A stretch of 64,000 nucleotides of DNA. Origin: Salpingoeca rosetta (lineage: Eukaryota; Protista; Choanoflagellata). This document shows positions 59,964 to 64,000 of this stretch, piece after piece. Every line of letters starts with the position of its first letter. The first letter of the stretch is position 1. Where the stretch lies: positions 1,379,124 to 1,443,123 of the forward strand of contig JAWQFM010000006.1 in assembly GCA_033442325.1 (NCBI GenBank), given 5' to 3'. The position numbers were made by a program, and so were the translations under genes. The notes below the pieces were generated by a model. The model was not told where the DNA came from, did not search any database, and saw nothing but the letters and a program-made list of their open reading frames with translations.

Positions 59964-59985
59964 TGCGCCAGTTGTCTGTGTGTGT

Positions 59986-60037
<52 letters not shown>

Positions 60038-60393
60038 GTGTGTGTGTGATCGTGTGTGTGTGTGTGTGATTGTGTGTGTGTGTGTGTGTGTGTGTATGTT
60101 ATTGAGCTTTGTGCTTGTCAATGCGACATGTCTGCACGTCTCACATATTGGATTTTGAACGGAGTTGTATTGACTGATGCATAAACGGCCACGGCAGCAC
60201 GGAGGAAACAGGGCAGACGATTGCATGTGTGCACACACGCGCATGGGTGTGGGGGTTGGTGTAACGAGGCATTGAGAGCTGTAACAGCAACAGGGAAAAG
60301 GGGACGGGACAGATGTCAAGAACAGGCGAGATGAGCAAAGACACGCAGGTAGGCACACCGAAGTCGTGTTCAAAACATGGATGCATGTGCGTG

Positions 60394-63045
<2,652 letters not shown>

Positions 63046-63184
63046 CTTGCTTGGATCAAGGACAGGGAATGAGCGGGCTGTTGTCGTGCGTGTGAAGGTC
63101 AGTGAGTGGGCTTGTTGAGAGTTGTGGGAAATACGCACCGCCCACGACCCACAGCAAATCCAAACAAGCAACGAGCTTGTTGTG

Positions 63185-63209
63185 ATTGGTTTTATCGCTG
63201 ACGTCAGCG
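63185..63209. promoter_or_regulatory. CCAAT box (ATTGG) plus a perfect 14-bp palindrome CGCTGACGTCAGCG containing a CRE/ATF site, in a divergent promoter
   Basis: ATTGG at 63185-63189 and the palindrome at 63196-63209 lie roughly midway between the divergent ATGs at 63045 and 63319. Confidence 0.55.
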
Positions 63210-63318
63210 CAATTCTCGCTTTGCTTGCACAACCACAAACAGCAAAACACCAAAACAGCGCCCTCCCTTCCTCCTCCAGCCAACGCAACAACAAGCAACA
63301 AGCAAGCAAGCAAGCAAG

Positions 63319-63608
63319 ATGGCGCACACGACCAACAACCACACCATGCTGCTGCCTGTGGTGGCAGTGGCGGCGGTACTTGCGCTGATGGCTGCGCAGG
63401 CGAGCGCCTCGGGCGCGTATGGCGATCCCGGAAAGTTTGACTCCTATGTCCTGGCCCTCTCGTGGACGCCCGAGTTTTGCTTCCAGAACCCTTCCTCCGA
63501 TGAGTGCAAGTCCATCGAGCCTTCTGACTTTGCCGCCAGCAACTTTGGCCTGCACGGCCTCTGGCCCCAGTACAACTCTTCCCACGACGGCCACGACTGG
63601 CCTCAGGT

Positions 63609-63700
<92 letters not shown>

Positions 63701-64000
63701 CGTCGTTGTTGTCGTTGTTGTTTTGTTTTGCTTTTGATTTTGTCATTGAATGCACCCCTTTCCACCCAACACACCGCCACACCTTCTTTGCCAAAACGCT
63801 CACTCATCCCCCCCCCACTCACTTGCTCACCCACTCTCTCTCTCGCTCACTCTCGCTCGCAACAGTTTTGCCACGCAGACAACACAAGCTACTGGAAGGC
63901 CATCTCCTCTGTGCTGAACAACGTTGAACAAGAGTTCCTTCAGCAGTGGAAGAAGTATGCCCCCGCCTACGCGTACTCCGACCTCCTTACCCATGAGTGG
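63319..64000 (+). CDS. RNASET2: Ribonuclease T2 family, secreted or lysosomal; 3' end runs off the window
   Basis: Signal peptide MLLPVVAVAAVLALMAAQASA, FDSYVLALSWTPEFC and CAS-I FGLHGLWP. After intron 63607-63865 the sequence reads FC...LLTHEW, the start of CAS-II. Confidence 0.92.
63609..63720 (+). repeat. (TTG)n trinucleotide microsatellite in an RNase T2 intron
   Basis: Directly visible, starting right after the GT donor. Confidence 0.95.

Overview
Eukaryotic, gene-dense and intron-rich DNA (about 55-60% GC by eye). The introns are packed with (CA)n/(TG)n microsatellites. Composition and gene content (ciliary genes, a tyrosine-kinase-like receptor, cysteine synthase) best fit a choanoflagellate, probably Salpingoeca rosetta; this is an inference. 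Most ORFs in the six-frame track are repeat artefacts (poly-HT, poly-CV). Stitching exons by hand gives 13 genes: USP40-like deubiquitinase (partial), CFAP210/CCDC173, an orphan single-pass membrane protein, an ANKRD28/44/52-like PP6 ankyrin subunit, RPL22, NPHP4, an NWD-like DUF4062-NACHT-WD40 STAND protein, a receptor tyrosine pseudokinase, cysteine synthase, an orphan multi-exon gene, an apparently domesticated and catalytically dead PIF/Harbinger transposase, a Tudor-like/WGR/WWE protein with no PARP catalytic domain, and RNase T2 (partial). Ten of the 13 genes sit in head-to-head pairs with starts only 200-360 bp apart. The most interesting items are the dead intron-containing Harbinger transposase, the non-catalytic WGR+WWE protein, the lipidation-signal-bearing NLR-like protein with a frameshifted P-loop, the pseudo-RTK scaffold, and a 5'-(UG)n / 3'-(CA)n polarity in introns. 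There are three N gaps and signs of local assembly error. Family assignments come from recalled motifs, not database searches, and exon boundaries are manual.
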